Notes under the pieces: model-generated | What the model saw: the letters and a program-made list of their open reading frames with translations, nothing else | Told to the model about the DNA's origin: nothing | Databases searched by the model: none | Position numbers and translations under genes: made by a program | In this document: positions 26,218 through 36,049 of the stretch, piece by piece | How the letters are laid out: the number at the start of each line of letters is the position of its first letter | Position numbering within the stretch: position 1 is the first letter of the stretch | Origin: Octopus sinensis | Lineage: Eukaryota | Reading direction: 5' to 3' | Assembly: GCF_006345805.1 (NCBI RefSeq) | Contig: NW_021835454.1 | Location: 1 to 40,154 of the forward strand | DNA length: 40,154 nt

Positions 26218-28646
26218 TGTGTGTGTGTGTGTGACGGGTTTCCACGAGTGTCTTCCAGCCAAGTTCACTCAGAAAGCTATTAAATGGTCCGGAGATGTTG
26301 ATAGACACTTGCCCAAGCGCAATGGGATTGAAATCGAAACCATGTGATTGCAAGGCGAGCCACGCAGCTATGCTTGTTTTAAGTATGTATTGTATCACAA
26401 TAGCTTGAGTTATTGTAGCAGTGTATATAAGCGTATATATGTTGGTATTCATACACCTTCGTAGATATATGCTTCAGTGCGTTTGTGAGCGTTTAAGTAT
26501 TTGTTTGTGCTTAGGTATGCATCGTTGGGAAAAAACGCGTAGCGACATGTAGCTTTTGTAGAAATATATAGGTGCGTTTGTCTTTATGCAAAAGGTTATG
26601 TGTCTATAGTTTGCGTATGGAGTTTTCTACCTGGTTGGTGCATGAGTTCCAGTACCTATTAATAAGTGACTTGAAATGCATTTTCGGTGACGTTTTTATC
26701 GCAGCATCGCCATTGCCACTACCACTGACCAACTAATATTAGTCAGACTCAAGAGAATGGCACACTGAATATTACATAATGTGACAATACAAACTGGTAG
26801 CGAGCCGTTTTGGCTCAGCCCTTTTGGCACCTCATCTTAGCCGTTAATGATTCAGCGTTGACTTATTTGACATCTAACAGTTTAATGCCTCTCTCCTTTT
26901 GTGAGCCTCTCATTAAGTTTACATGTATGTGTAATGTCTCTGTTACATAACCTCCCTCTCTCTTTTTCCCTCTCTTTCTGTATGTGAATATTTCTGCACG
27001 TGCATGAGTGCATAAGTCTGACTCCAGTAACGACAGTTTCTGTCACAAAAACAGGCTGATACTCCAGTCAGTCGTGGCAAATTGTCAGCGACAAACAACC
27101 GCGCCACTTGTCTCCTTTCGATTCAAAACAATGCATTTTGAGAATTGTTTTCTTTGGGCATCGAAGAATTGTGTTTCATAATTTCTAAGACTGTATAAAT
27201 ACAGCTGATTGCTACCTTTACGCCTCTGATAATAAATATCTAGAGATGCAGATAGATTCTATGTAGTCAAGCAACCTGCTAGAAATAGTAACCAACATCC
27301 CTACAGATTGCATCCTACCATTTTAAAAATGTAAGAAGGAAACGAAGGGAAAGTGTAAATGATGTTTATATTAAAGGACCCTTAACAGACTAAGAGGTCA
27401 CGGCTGAAATACATTTGACTCTAGAACAGCTCATTTAAACCACGTAACACTTTGGGCAAGTATCTTCTACTTTTGTCCCAGACTGACCAATACCTTGTGA
27501 GTGAATTTGAAAGAAGGAAAATCATGAAACCTTGTTGTGTGTGTGTGTGTGTGTGTATGTGTCCACCCCAACATCGGTAGACAACCGGTGTAGATTTGGT
27601 TACGTCCCTGTAGCTTAGTTGTGTGGCATAAGAGACGATAGTGTAAATGCTAACTTGTTCTGTTCGACAAAATCCTTCAAAAACGCCCCAGCATGGTCGT
27701 AGTAGAATGACTGAAACAAATAAAAGATAAAAAGAAAACAGGCTTTACTTTTTATTCATATATTCATTTATTTGCAGAACAAAGCCACCGTTCCGAATCT
27801 GGTTTGTTTCCCCAAAATCCGTAAACGTCGAAAAAAGAAAAGGAAGAAAAAGGAAGATAAAAGTAAGTTAATCCATGTTTGCTTCCTTTGTATTCTTTCA
27901 CATTTCATCCTCACGATGTTGCCACAAGGGAAACAGAAACTATAAGAAACTCTCCCTTTGTGGCTTTGCTTCAATTCAGTGGCTACAGCTCACAATAGAA
28001 AAAAATAATTCATTTCTTCTAGTTGTTATATTTTTCTTTTTTACATTTCTTGTATCTTTTAGACTGCGGCCATGCTGAAGCACCACTTTGTAAGGCTTAG
28101 TCGAATAAATTGACACCAGGACTTTTTCTTTTAATGTCTCATTCTAGCTGCACAACCACAAAAAAATTAATTAATTAATTTTCTTTTATTTCAGTTCCCG
28201 CAAGTTTGAATTCTCCCCCTCTTAATTGTGAAGATGAGTGTGAAGATGATGTCGAATACAAATTCTGGGAGTTTCTACTAGAATCCACCATAGGTGCAAA
28301 GGCGAGGATGGGTACACCAAAGCCGGTAATAGAAAAAAAACTCCGGAGGTTTCGCCTCAAATGTATTATCGGATTTTTGGTGTGTAATACGATCTGGATG
28401 GCCATCCTTGGATACCTCTTCGCAAGCGCTCCAAGCGAAGTGTCTAGCTTGAATTTATTTGGCATAATCAATACGTCTCTATTCGGGATTTCGCTCATCG
28501 TTCAACTGACTGGATTGACGGTTCATCGAACCCAAGACACTATCGAAAGTGTTATACGCAAATCGAATATACACTCAAACCGACCCGAATGGATAATTAC
28601 AAAAGACGAAAAACTTGATGATGCAAGAAAGGAAAGTGAAAAGTAA
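1306..28646 (+). CDS. CHS: Chitin synthase (GT2), 3' portion, 7 exons; the 5' exons probably lie upstream of the window. Divergent, probably of the metazoan 'type I' kind.
   Basis: The spliced translation has [11 protein letters not shown] (cf. QVMYMYYLLGHR), [77 protein letters not shown] and QLTGLTVHR in canonical CHS order. All junctions are GT-AG. Phases match at 5 of 6 junctions. The exons total 2156 nt, 1 nt short of 719 codons. Confidence 0.93.
3400..4691 (+). mobile_element. Mariner (DD34D) DNA transposon, full length, in CHS intron A-B
   Basis: 37-bp TIRs at 3400-3436 and 4655-4691 (2 mismatches). TA on both sides (3398-3399, 4692-4693). Internal transposase. Confidence 0.95.
3567..4618 (+). 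pseudogene. Mariner transposase with one frameshift near 4400
   Basis: HTH N-terminus, WIPRLL (WVPHEL-like), QDETW and QDNA. After a frameshift the sequence continues [10 protein letters not shown] (YSPDLAP-like)...[14 protein letters not shown] with stop at 4616-4618. Confidence 0.9.
5020..5292 (-). mobile_element. tRNA-derived SINE (second family)
   Basis: The minus strand reads ...GGTTTCGATT (B box)...GGGCAAACACTTCATTTCGCGTTGCTCCA..., similar to the copies at 6130 and 24335. Confidence 0.55.
5394..5549 (+). CDS. CHS: CHS exon B
   Basis: Pyrimidine tract plus AG at 5392-5393 and GT at 5550, phase 1/1. Encodes (D)[25 protein letters not shown]...IKDT(G). Confidence 0.93.
6130..6377 (-). 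mobile_element. tRNA-derived SINE
   Basis: Minus-strand head CGTGGCCTAGCGGTTAGG (A box) and GTTTCGAGT (B-box-like). Confidence 0.6.
6760..7100. repeat. Compound microsatellite (TCTA)n-(GACT)n-(TCAC)n-(TCCC)n-(TC)n
   Basis: Directly visible. Confidence 0.95.
7423..7682 (+). CDS. CHS: CHS exon C (EDR and QRRRW motifs)
   Basis: AG at 7421-7422 and GTAAAT at 7683. Encodes (G)[14 protein letters not shown]...[12 protein letters not shown]...TMVVL. The donor phase is off by one relative to the next exon. Confidence 0.93.
7706..8165 (-). mobile_element. Degenerate SINE immediately downstream of the exon C donor
   Basis: GACTGCGGCCATG 3' motif, a CCTACCAAATCCACT body and an AACCGAAACCATGTGG B-box region, all shared with the 9312 copy. 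Confidence 0.6.
8748..8807 (+). ncRNA. Penelope-type minimal hammerhead-like motif
   Basis: CTGAAGA (8753-8759), stem II, GAAAC (8790-8794), palindromic AACTC-A-GAGTT, and flanking GATA/TATC stem I. Confidence 0.4.
9312..9687 (-). mobile_element. tRNA-derived CORE-like octopus SINE, near full length
   Basis: Minus strand: GGCGCAGGAGTGGCTGTGTGG (A box), GGTTCAGTCCC (B box), TTGGGC core, internal microsatellite and a GCAGTCAAATGACTGAAAC 3' end. Confidence 0.8.
10197..10611 (-). mobile_element. Same SINE family; its head is amplified into the adjacent array
   Basis: Colinear with the 9312-9687 copy. Internal 24-bp tandem at ~10366-10430. Confidence 0.8.
10585..11070. repeat. 27-bp minisatellite, 18 copies, derived from the SINE 5' head
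   Basis: Unit CTTACCACACAGCCACTCCTGCGCCTA. 486 bp = 18 x 27. Confidence 0.95.
13743..14904. repeat. Direct repeat with 509-bp period plus ~420-bp inverted copy (foldback), flanked by (TA)n
   Basis: 13743-13976 recurs at 14252-14485. 14488-14904 is the reverse complement of 13845-14273. Confidence 0.92.
15180..15636 (+). mobile_element. Non-autonomous Helitron-like element
   Basis: A|TCTATAAAA 5' end, 3' hairpin ACCCGC-GCGTAGA-GCGGGT, then CTAG|T at 15633-15637. A homologous copy lies at 39846+ on the minus strand. Confidence 0.75.
16657..16887 (+). CDS. CHS: CHS exon D (transmembrane segments)
   Basis: TTTGCAG acceptor and GTAAGT donor at 16888, phase 1/1. Encodes (G)[15 protein letters not shown]...VIIDFAR, a hydrophobic block matching the post-QRRRW TM region. 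Confidence 0.85.
17520..20620 (+). mobile_element. Cluster of R4/Dong-like RLE non-LTR retrotransposon fragments separated by (TAA)n arrays
   Basis: FMDDLKL RT motif (~17585). CCHC finger CRICG...HIISSC plus ILWD...RPDIVV...D...EKLSKY endonuclease (19001-19594). EEQKGCRR...DSVPH and RGIF.G.SLSPLLF RT motifs (20113-20610). (TAA)n at 18466-18613, 18900-18956 and 19692-19742. Confidence 0.88.
20862..21250 (-). mobile_element. Helitron-like element, 3' end at ~20862; left-hand part only well defined
   Basis: The minus strand reads CTCGGGCAACGCCGGGTAACTCTGCTAA|T (hairpin plus CTRR-like end), similar to 15150-15179. Confidence 0.45.
22300..22760. mobile_element. HINE/DINE-1-like (Helentron-derived) element with internal tandem duplication
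   Basis: AAATTTGAATGAAATTGGTTGTGTAGTTCTCAAG occurs twice, followed by a (GACA)n tract and (TA)n. Confidence 0.45.
23130..23760 (-). mobile_element. Degenerate LINE 5'/APE fragment (RTE-like)
   Basis: The minus strand has an RTE-5'UTR-like TTCCTTCTCCTAGGTAG motif and weak GAFG...NRG..LELL endonuclease similarity. Confidence 0.3.
23834..24045 (+). CDS. CHS: CHS exon E (LHP and SWGTR motifs)
   Basis: TTTTGCAG acceptor (phase 1) and GTGAGT donor at 24046 (phase 0). Encodes [10 protein letters not shown]...IPTMQILL...SWGTRDG. Confidence 0.92.
24335..24530 (+). mobile_element. SINE fragment
   Basis: GCGTGGCTTAGTAG head and a CCTTGAGCAAGACACTTTATTTTACGTTG body. Confidence 0.55.
25331..25472 (+). 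mobile_element. CORE-like SINE, 5' half
   Basis: GTGTGGTAAGAAGCTT...GGGCAAGTGTCTTCTACTATAG...GAAGCCTGTCGTATA, same family as the 9312 copy. Confidence 0.75.
25602..25636 (-). ncRNA. Penelope-type minimal type I hammerhead-like motif
   Basis: Minus strand: GTTT-CCGACGA-A-GAGC(TCC)GCTC-GAAAC-GTT-AAAC. Stems I and II form, and stem III is the palindrome AACGTT. U4 is replaced by C. Confidence 0.5.
26233..26375 (-). mobile_element. Degenerate SINE, 5' half
   Basis: GACACTTGCCCAAG and GAAACCATGTG motifs on the + strand (reverse complement of core and B box). Confidence 0.6.
27448..27735 (+). mobile_element. SINE ending ~40 nt upstream of the exon F acceptor
   Basis: TTGGGCAAGTATCTTCTAC core, internal (GT)n and a CCAGCATGG...ATGACTGAAACAAATAAAAG 3' end. 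Confidence 0.7.
27778..27862 (+). CDS. CHS: CHS exon F (85-nt polybasic micro-exon, absent from the ORF track)
   Basis: TTTGCAG acceptor (phase 0) and GTAAGT donor at 27863 (phase 1). This exactly bridges the phase 0 end of exon E to the phase 1 start of exon G. Encodes [28 protein letters not shown]. Confidence 0.8.
28195..28646 (+). CDS. CHS: CHS terminal exon G
   Basis: TTTCAG acceptor (phase 1). Encodes ...EYKFWEFLL...LRRFR...[11 protein letters not shown]...QLTGLTVHR...ESEK*, matching the CHS C-terminal FW / LR / N-TM / Q..HR pattern. Stop TAA at 28644-28646. Confidence 0.85.
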
Positions 28647-28721
28647 ATTAAAGAAAACAAAAAGTAGATAGAAAACAAATAAAAGAAAAAAAATCTTGGA
28701 AAAAATTGCATAAAGTTTTTA

Positions 28722-28731
28722 AATAAATAAA
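28722..28731 (+). promoter_or_regulatory. Possible polyadenylation signal (overlapping AATAAA hexamers) of CHS
   Basis: AATAAATAAA lies ~75 nt after the stop. The context is A-rich, so it could be chance. Confidence 0.3.
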
Positions 28732-29134
28732 ATAAGACTATTCTAAAACGAGGTAGCAGCGCCCATGTCGGAGCACTGTCTCCAAAAGTTTCAGTCGATC
28801 ACATCAACCTTATTACTCGTTCCAGTCAAGTATTTATTTCAGAGATCTTTATTGGTTGGAAGACTAAATAAGGTATTTTAAAACGACACCTTTTAGTACA
28901 CCGGGAGCTTATGACTGCGAATCCAAATTTGTAAGCACATTCTCACATGCTTCCCTCAATTTACATGCAAACACATAAATTATACATATTATGCTATTCT
29001 TTTATACGTTTTAGCGATGCTGTTGCGATCATTCTAGAGCACCATCGTAAATTTGTACCCTTTCCACAGACCTCCTCTGTGGCTGGTTTCTACTGGGGTG
29101 GGTGGGATTTCATATTAACTTTTGTATGTGCTTT

Positions 29135-29560
29135 TTACCTGGTGATTAGAGCATTAGGTGTATAATGGAGTTTGATACCACTGCCCTCGTCTATACTTCC
29201 TGCCGGGACCGTCGACTCGTCTGGGAACGGGGATAGGAGAATGTCCAATTCCGTTTTCAAGTCATCCACATCCACATTGTATAGGTTTCTTGTATAGCCT
29301 GTCATGTTTAGAGAAAATGACAGTGTCACAAGCAGCCTTTGACTTTCTCTATTCAAGGGTTTTTAAACCAATATTTACAAGCTATTATTTATAGCTCAAT
29401 CTACTTCGAGTTCCACCATGTTCCTGCTTATATTCTTTTGTGAAAAACAAGTTGACACACACAATTTCTAAGGGTTTATATACCGGAATTGTACCATTGT
29501 CAAAGCAGAAGTTACAAATCCAATAATAACAAATGTAGCAAAAAAACTGTCACACCTTGG
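29135..29560 (-). mobile_element. CR1/L2-like LINE 3' fragment
   Basis: Minus-strand ORF ...RNLYNVDVDDLKTELDILLSPFPDE resembles the C-terminus of CR1-group ORF2. Confidence 0.45.
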
Positions 29561-29879
29561 GCCTACTTAACAAAAGAGAAACACCTTCAACCTTGTTTAC
29601 AAAGTTCTACATGCATTGATAAATTCTAAACAATAACACAACTCCAAATTTAATCAAAATTTCTCCAAAAGACCTCTCCTGAACAACGAGTCCTGAATTA
29701 CCACTCCTCTCAAATGCACACAGATATGTGATTGCATGTATGTATTTATATGTGTGTATAAATATAAGTGTATATGAATATTTATATACGTGTGTATATA
29801 CATATATGTATAGGAATGTAAGTATATATATGTATATTTGTGCATGGATGTGTGTATGTATATATATATATAATAAAAT

Positions 29880-30290
29880 AATAAATAAAACATATGCATA
29901 TATACATACATATATGTACGTACCTACATCTATATGTATATATACATGCATATAAGGGTACAGGACACCAAAAAAACGTCGAACACAATGAGAAACGAAA
30001 ACATAAAAACAAAACCAAGGAAATGGACATTTTTCTTAAACAACGAAAAATAGAGTACAAGACATACAACACAAGGAAAATTCCCATTCTTCAGCTGCCT
30101 CTGTTTCATCTACTCCGCATTTCGAAGGTAAAGGCGAGACACGACTTCATTGAAACAATCCTTCCCGCAAAGAAAATTAAATAAAATTTGAGATTTTTTG
30201 CGGAGGGGTAAAAATGGTAACACAAACAGAACAGTAAAAACAATATAAATAAAAACAGTAAAAGACAGGACAAGGAGAATAACAGTAACA
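29880..30290. repeat. Interspersed repeat family X (possibly Penelope-derived), one of at least 7 copies in the window
   Basis: The GTACAGGACACCA...AGAACACAACGAGAAACG...TTCGAAGGTAAGG block is also at 33575-34010 and 34391-34519, and inverted at 34520-34870, ~9000-9175, ~10060-10200 and ~12830-12900. Confidence 0.75.
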
Positions 30291-30780
30291 CAAATATTAA
30301 GGGCTGTTAAGCCTTATCGATGAAAAAATATTTTGAACGCTTTGAGATAGGTGACGTCGCATATGCGGCCTTCTGAAACCACTTACAACACAACAGTCTG
30401 TGTCCGGTATCCCAGAAGACCGCCTCGGCGAACCTCAGCAAACCAACCTGCTTAGAGCGGAAGAAGCAGAAGTCGAAGAACTCAGAAGAGTTGAAACTAA
30501 CAAACAGAACCGTTGAGTGTAACCAAAATGCAAGAACTTTAATTCAGAGTCCATAACAATTATGGAATAAATAAACAGTTCTTTAGAGAGTTCTTTCATT
30601 TACCTCTGAAATGTGTAGACTTCTTTTGGCGAGTTCTTTTATTCACCTTTCGAAGGTTCTGGCAAAAACGACTGATGGTTCCAATAGCAGAGAATAACTG
30701 AGAACATCAGAAGGTTCCATCACGTTTTCATCAAAGAACTGTAAGAGCGCACTCATCAGCCCGCAGCACCCCCACCACTC

Positions 30781-30857
<77 letters not shown>

Positions 30858-30866
30858 TGCACGTAC

Positions 30867-31140
30867 ACCTCATGGCTATTTCTCGCATGCGCTGCTACGG
30901 ACATATCCTCCGTCTCCCGCTAGATCATCCTACCAGGGTTTACTCTCATTTGACGCACCAGCTGATTGCTGGAAGGGGCCTCGTGGCAGGCCCCACACAA
31001 GATGGCTGGACGTGGTTCAGGAAGATTTCTAGAGGCTCGACGCCACCTTGGCGGGTGCGAAGGGTCTGGCACGGGACCGCCAGCGATGGAAAGGATTGGT
31101 GGACCTGGTCGGCTCTACGCACGATGATGCTTCTGTGATC
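30867..31140 (+). mobile_element. RTE LINE 3' fragment
   Basis: RMRCYGHILRLP...GPRGRPHTRWLDVVQED...ARDRQRWKGLV across a frameshift. Confidence 0.7.
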
Positions 31141-31252
31141 ACTGACTTGGAATGACTTCAGCCTCATCAAGAGCTTGAAGCCAAGCCAGACATATACACA
31201 GATACACACTCATACACACACATATACATACATACATACATACATACATACA

Positions 31253-31286
<34 letters not shown>

Positions 31287-31769
31287 CACATATATAAACA
31301 CACATTTACTTTATATATATATATTGGTACAAACTTAAAAAGTTATACCCAGATAATTTTTCATTCGTACTATGCTAATTAGAACACCGCACTCTGGTTT
31401 TGCAAGCGAAGACGAAAAAAAATTCTTTGTGGTCACGTGACAGTTTAAAGCATAGGCGGTATGATTTTGGTGCACTTTTAAGGTGTGGACGAAGTATAAA
31501 GAATATTTGCCCACGTTGCCAGTTCTCATTGGAAGCCAATGTGAACATGTGGTTCGAAGTTCGTGCTGGAAGACGATGTGCAACGGACTACGTGATGAAA
31601 GTTGTCGTGAATGGTTTTATGTAGTCGATGTGAGACACTCGATGTAAGCGTTGGTGCCGAACAAAATTCGTACGGAACAGTTGACACAGTATTTGGTAGA
31701 GAGAGTGAAGTTGGTACCGTGAATTCGGAACTAACAATAGAGTCCAGTTGGGAAAAAAAAAGAGATAAA

Positions 31770-32345
31770 AAAAAGATAGAAAAGAGAGTGAAGAGGACCG
31801 ATGCGTTGTAGACGCGGAGCTTCGTTTGCGGGGGATAGAAACGTAATGCCAAAAGGGCTTCCATTGATAGTACATGACCCTAACGGTCTGATCACATCTG
31901 TGGTTGATCGCCAGGGTCAGGATTCCGTTGCTAGTGACTGTGGAGCCAAGCTAGATGAAGGAACTAACGATTTCCACGACGCCGAGAGAGGAGTGGGTCT
32001 GGGCCATCTCCGACATACATCAGCTTGGTTTTTGCCCAATTCTCGTGAATGTCAAGGTTTGTTGATTCTTGTCTGTAAATGGTTGGTACTTCCCTTAGCT
32101 GGTCGACCGAGTTACTGAACAGTGTGGCATTATCTGCAATAACGTGACTAAGGGCAAAAATACGGTCGGTGGTAGATAAATTCGGCATGAATCCGGCTTG
32201 TTGTGGGCGGCGCCTGCTTCTAATGGCAGGAAAAGCACGTTTGACGAACTTGCTTGTGATGGAGAGGAGGATGACACCCTTGTGGTTGTGCATTCGAGTT
32301 TCTCGCCCTTCCGTTTCCAGAAGGGGATGATGATACCTCGGATCC
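31770..32345 (-). mobile_element. RTE LINE RT fragment, internally deleted
   Basis: RPQQAGF...STTDRIFAL and TKLRVYNASVL motifs in minus-strand ORFs. Confidence 0.7.
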
Positions 32346-32458
32346 TGTCATCTCTGTATATGTGTATATTACATATCTATGTATATCTATATCCACTATC
32401 TATGATGTATATATATATATACATATATATATACACACATATATATACACATATATAT

Positions 32459-32551
<93 letters not shown>

Positions 32552-32555
32552 TATA

Positions 32556-32610
<55 letters not shown>

Positions 32611-32611
<1 letters not shown>

Positions 32612-32668
32612 GAGGGGTGTATGAAAAGCTTTGTTTTTTGAGGCTCAAGACTTTTCATACACCCCTCG
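32611..32668. mobile_element. 58-bp mariner-derived MITE (MADE-like)
   Basis: Perfect 18-bp inverted repeats CGAGGGGTGTATGAAAAG / CTTTTCATACACCCCTCG with a 22-bp spacer. The CGAGGG terminus is shared with the mariner at 3400. Confidence 0.75.
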
Positions 32669-33159
32669 TGTATGTGTGTGTTTGTGTGCATGGATGTGTG
32701 TGTATATGTATGACTTTCTCTTTTCGCTTCTGTAATATTTTATTTGTTCTTCGTACCTCTACCTCAACTATCTATACTTCCCCTGATTATTAACTAAATG
32801 CAAACTCTCCATCCAGATGTAAAAATGGCATAATTTAATTTCTCTGTCTGAAGGAATTCTCATAGGAAATCCTTACATTTCTACCTAACAATACAAAATT
32901 CTGTAATTCCTATTAGTAATGAAACACGTGTAACGGTGAATAAATGATACCAATAAATTTTCCAACTTCCTGTTTTGTTATACAATAGCTCTGCAAATAA
33001 TATTTCCTTATTTTTGAACTTTATGTAGTTTGCACATATACTGCAACAACAGAACCAAAATATTGAATTTTAGCAAAGGGAATAATAAGATGTGTTTAAA
33101 GAGGGAACGGCTGAGGTTTTACCCTACTACCTTAGCCAGCTAGCTACCTACCTACCTAC

Positions 33160-33195
<36 letters not shown>

Positions 33196-33411
33196 AGATC
33201 TGGGCTTCTGTGAGAAAAAATCCACAACCTTCCGTCTCAATAACCCACAATTCTCCCTGAATTTGTTTTTTTTTATATATTTACTACGGAGTGCTTGAAG
33301 CTAACCTTCCTACCCCTTGATCCTTGCACATTATACATACATACATACACATACATATATTATATGTATGTATATATATATGTATATATATATATATGTA
33401 TATATATGTAT

Positions 33412-33527
<116 letters not shown>

Positions 33528-33574
33528 CTTACTTGGAAGAGGACGCGTGGCGTTCAATCATATAACATTTTAAT

Positions 33575-34158
33575 AAATAAAACATATGCATACATACATA
33601 TATGTACATACCTACATCTATATGTATATATACATGCATATATGGATACAGGACACCACAAAAAAACGTAGAACACAACGAGAAACGAAAACATAAAAAC
33701 AAAACATGGAAACGGACTTTGTTTAACAACGAAAAAACAGAGTACAAAACATACAACACAAGGAACATTCTCCTTCTTCAGCTGCCCCTCTTTCGACTTA
33801 TTGCGTATTTCGAAGGTAAGGGCATGACACGACTTCATTTGAAACAGTCCTTCCCGCGAAGCAAATTAAATAAAATTTGGGATCTTTTGCGGAGGGGTAA
33901 AAAAGGTGACTAGAACATGACAGTAAAAGCAATACAAATAAAGCGAAAAACAGTAGAAATAAAGATAAAAGCAGTAAAAGACAGGACAAAGAGAAACAAA
34001 CGTAAGGGCTTTTTAAGCCTAGACGGTGGAAAAATTAATTTGAATGCATTGAGAAAAACGGCTTACGAGGACAGGAGAAGCAGTTGTTGACTTGTTGAAG
34101 GCAGTAATCGGAAATAAAGTTAGTAGCCCCCTGGTCAGCGACGAGAGGGAGGAGGAGG

Positions 34159-34195
<37 letters not shown>

Positions 34196-34870
34196 AACGG
34201 GGAAAGGGAGAGGAGAAGAAAACAGAAAGGATGAAAAATAAGAGAGGGAGAGAGACAAGTAGAGAGGAAAACAGACAAGCAGGGAGGAAAGGTCAAGTAA
34301 AGAGTTAAGAGTGCGCGTCATAATTATTGAAATAAAATTTACTTGGAAGAGGACGCGTGGCGTTCAATCATATAATAACAATGTAATAAGTAAAACATAT
34401 GCATACATATATACATCTATGTACATACCTACATTTATATGTGTATATACATGCATTTATGGGTACAGGACACCACAAAAAAAACGTAGAACACAACGAG
34501 AAACGAAAACATAAAAACAGTCCTGTTCTTGTCACCTTTTTTACCCCTCCGCAAAAAAATCCCCAATTTTATTTAATTTGCTTTGCGAGAAGGATTGTTT
34601 CAATGAAGTCGTGTCCTGCCCTTACCTTCGAAACACGCAATAAGTCGAAAGAAGGGCAGCTGAAGAAGGGGAATGTTCCTTGTGTTGTATGTGTTGTACA
34701 CTGTTTGATCGTTGTTAAAAAAAGTCCGTTTCCATGTTTTGTTTTTATGTTTTCGTTTCTCATTGTGTTCTACGTTCTTTTGTGGTGTCCTGTACCCATA
34801 TATGCATGTATATATACATATAGATGTAGGTATATACATATATGTATGTATGCATATGTTTTATTTATTA
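33575..34870. repeat. Repeat family X: direct, partial direct and inverted copies
   Basis: 33528-33700 is duplicated at 34339-34519. 34520-34870 is an inverted copy. Confidence 0.8.
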
Positions 34871-34896
34871 AATTGTTATTATATATATATATATAT

Positions 34897-35548
34897 AACT
34901 TATAAACAAGGGCTAAAGAAAATTATTTCTATGCCAATATGCTGATAACAGACTTTTAAATCGTCAATTTCCACATATTATTTACTCGCTACAGAAAACA
35001 CGTAGAGCTGAAATCGAGGAAAGCTGGCCAACAGAATTTTTTTTAATGTTCGTTATTTCTATATTGAATCAATTTCGGAAGTAATCTCATAATAGATTTT
35101 TTCCTCTTCAGTAGAAAATACGTAAAGGCATAAATGAAATACTTACAAGCGCCCATAGAAAAAAGCCGAAGCAAACATCATGTGTACATATAAATACCCC
35201 AGATATATCTAAATATAAAATCCTTTGGTCAGCCTCATCACACGTGTGAACTGTTCCCCACTACAGCTTATAGTGGTTACCAGTCCCTATAGCGAATGGT
35301 AATAAGTTTACTACTAATATAGGATGAAGCTTTTTACAGAAAAAATTTCATCAGAAAATGTGGCGGGCATATTAAAATACCTTTAAGGTTAAAATTATAA
35401 ACAACTTATAAACAAGCGCTACAGAAAATTATTTCTATGCCAATATGCTGATAACAGACTTTTAAATATTCAATTTCCACATATTATTTACTCGCTACAG
35501 AAAACACGTAGAGCTGAAATCGAGGAAAGCTGGCCAACAGAATTTTTT
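34897..35548. repeat. Element with ~147-bp direct repeats at a 506-bp period, flanked by (TA)n
   Basis: AACTTATAAACAAG...GGCCAACAGAATTTTTT at 34897-35045 and 35403-35548. Confidence 0.85.
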
Positions 35549-35611
35549 GAAAAAGTTTTGGATCATAAAAGAAATTACTAAAATTTGGAAGTTAAGGCTC
35601 CCATTAGGGTG

Positions 35612-35681
<70 letters not shown>

Positions 35682-36049
35682 ATATATAGAGATAGATAGA
35701 TACATAGATAGATAGATGGATAGATACATTGATAGATACATAGATATAGATATATATATACACACACACACACGCATACAAAGATAAATTTATAGATACA
35801 ACTGAGTGGGCAAACAAAATATGAGACACAGCCTAGTGCTTTTTTTATGTTGATAAGCCTGGTATTTATTCTATTAGTTTGTTCTTGTGAAACCAGTAAG
35901 TTATGTGGATGTAAATAGATGAACAGCAGTTGTGAAGCAGGGATAAGGGCGAAACACAGAGACAAAGACACACAGATACACTTACATATATACATACATA
36001 TATATACGATTGATTTCTTTAAGTTTCTGTCTACGAAATCCATATATAT

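Noticed and set aside
30867-32345. Oppositely oriented RTE fragments as a twin-priming inversion
   Set aside because: The order is wrong for twin priming: the 3' piece lies left on +, and the internal piece lies right on -. They are more likely independent insertions.
34620-34680. Permuted (type II) hammerhead in repeat family X (CCTTCGAAAC...GTC...CTGAAGAAGG; also ~9005-9060 and 33770-33820)
   Set aside because: Core words recur, but the segment between GTC and CTGA cannot form stem I, and stem III is inconsistent between copies.
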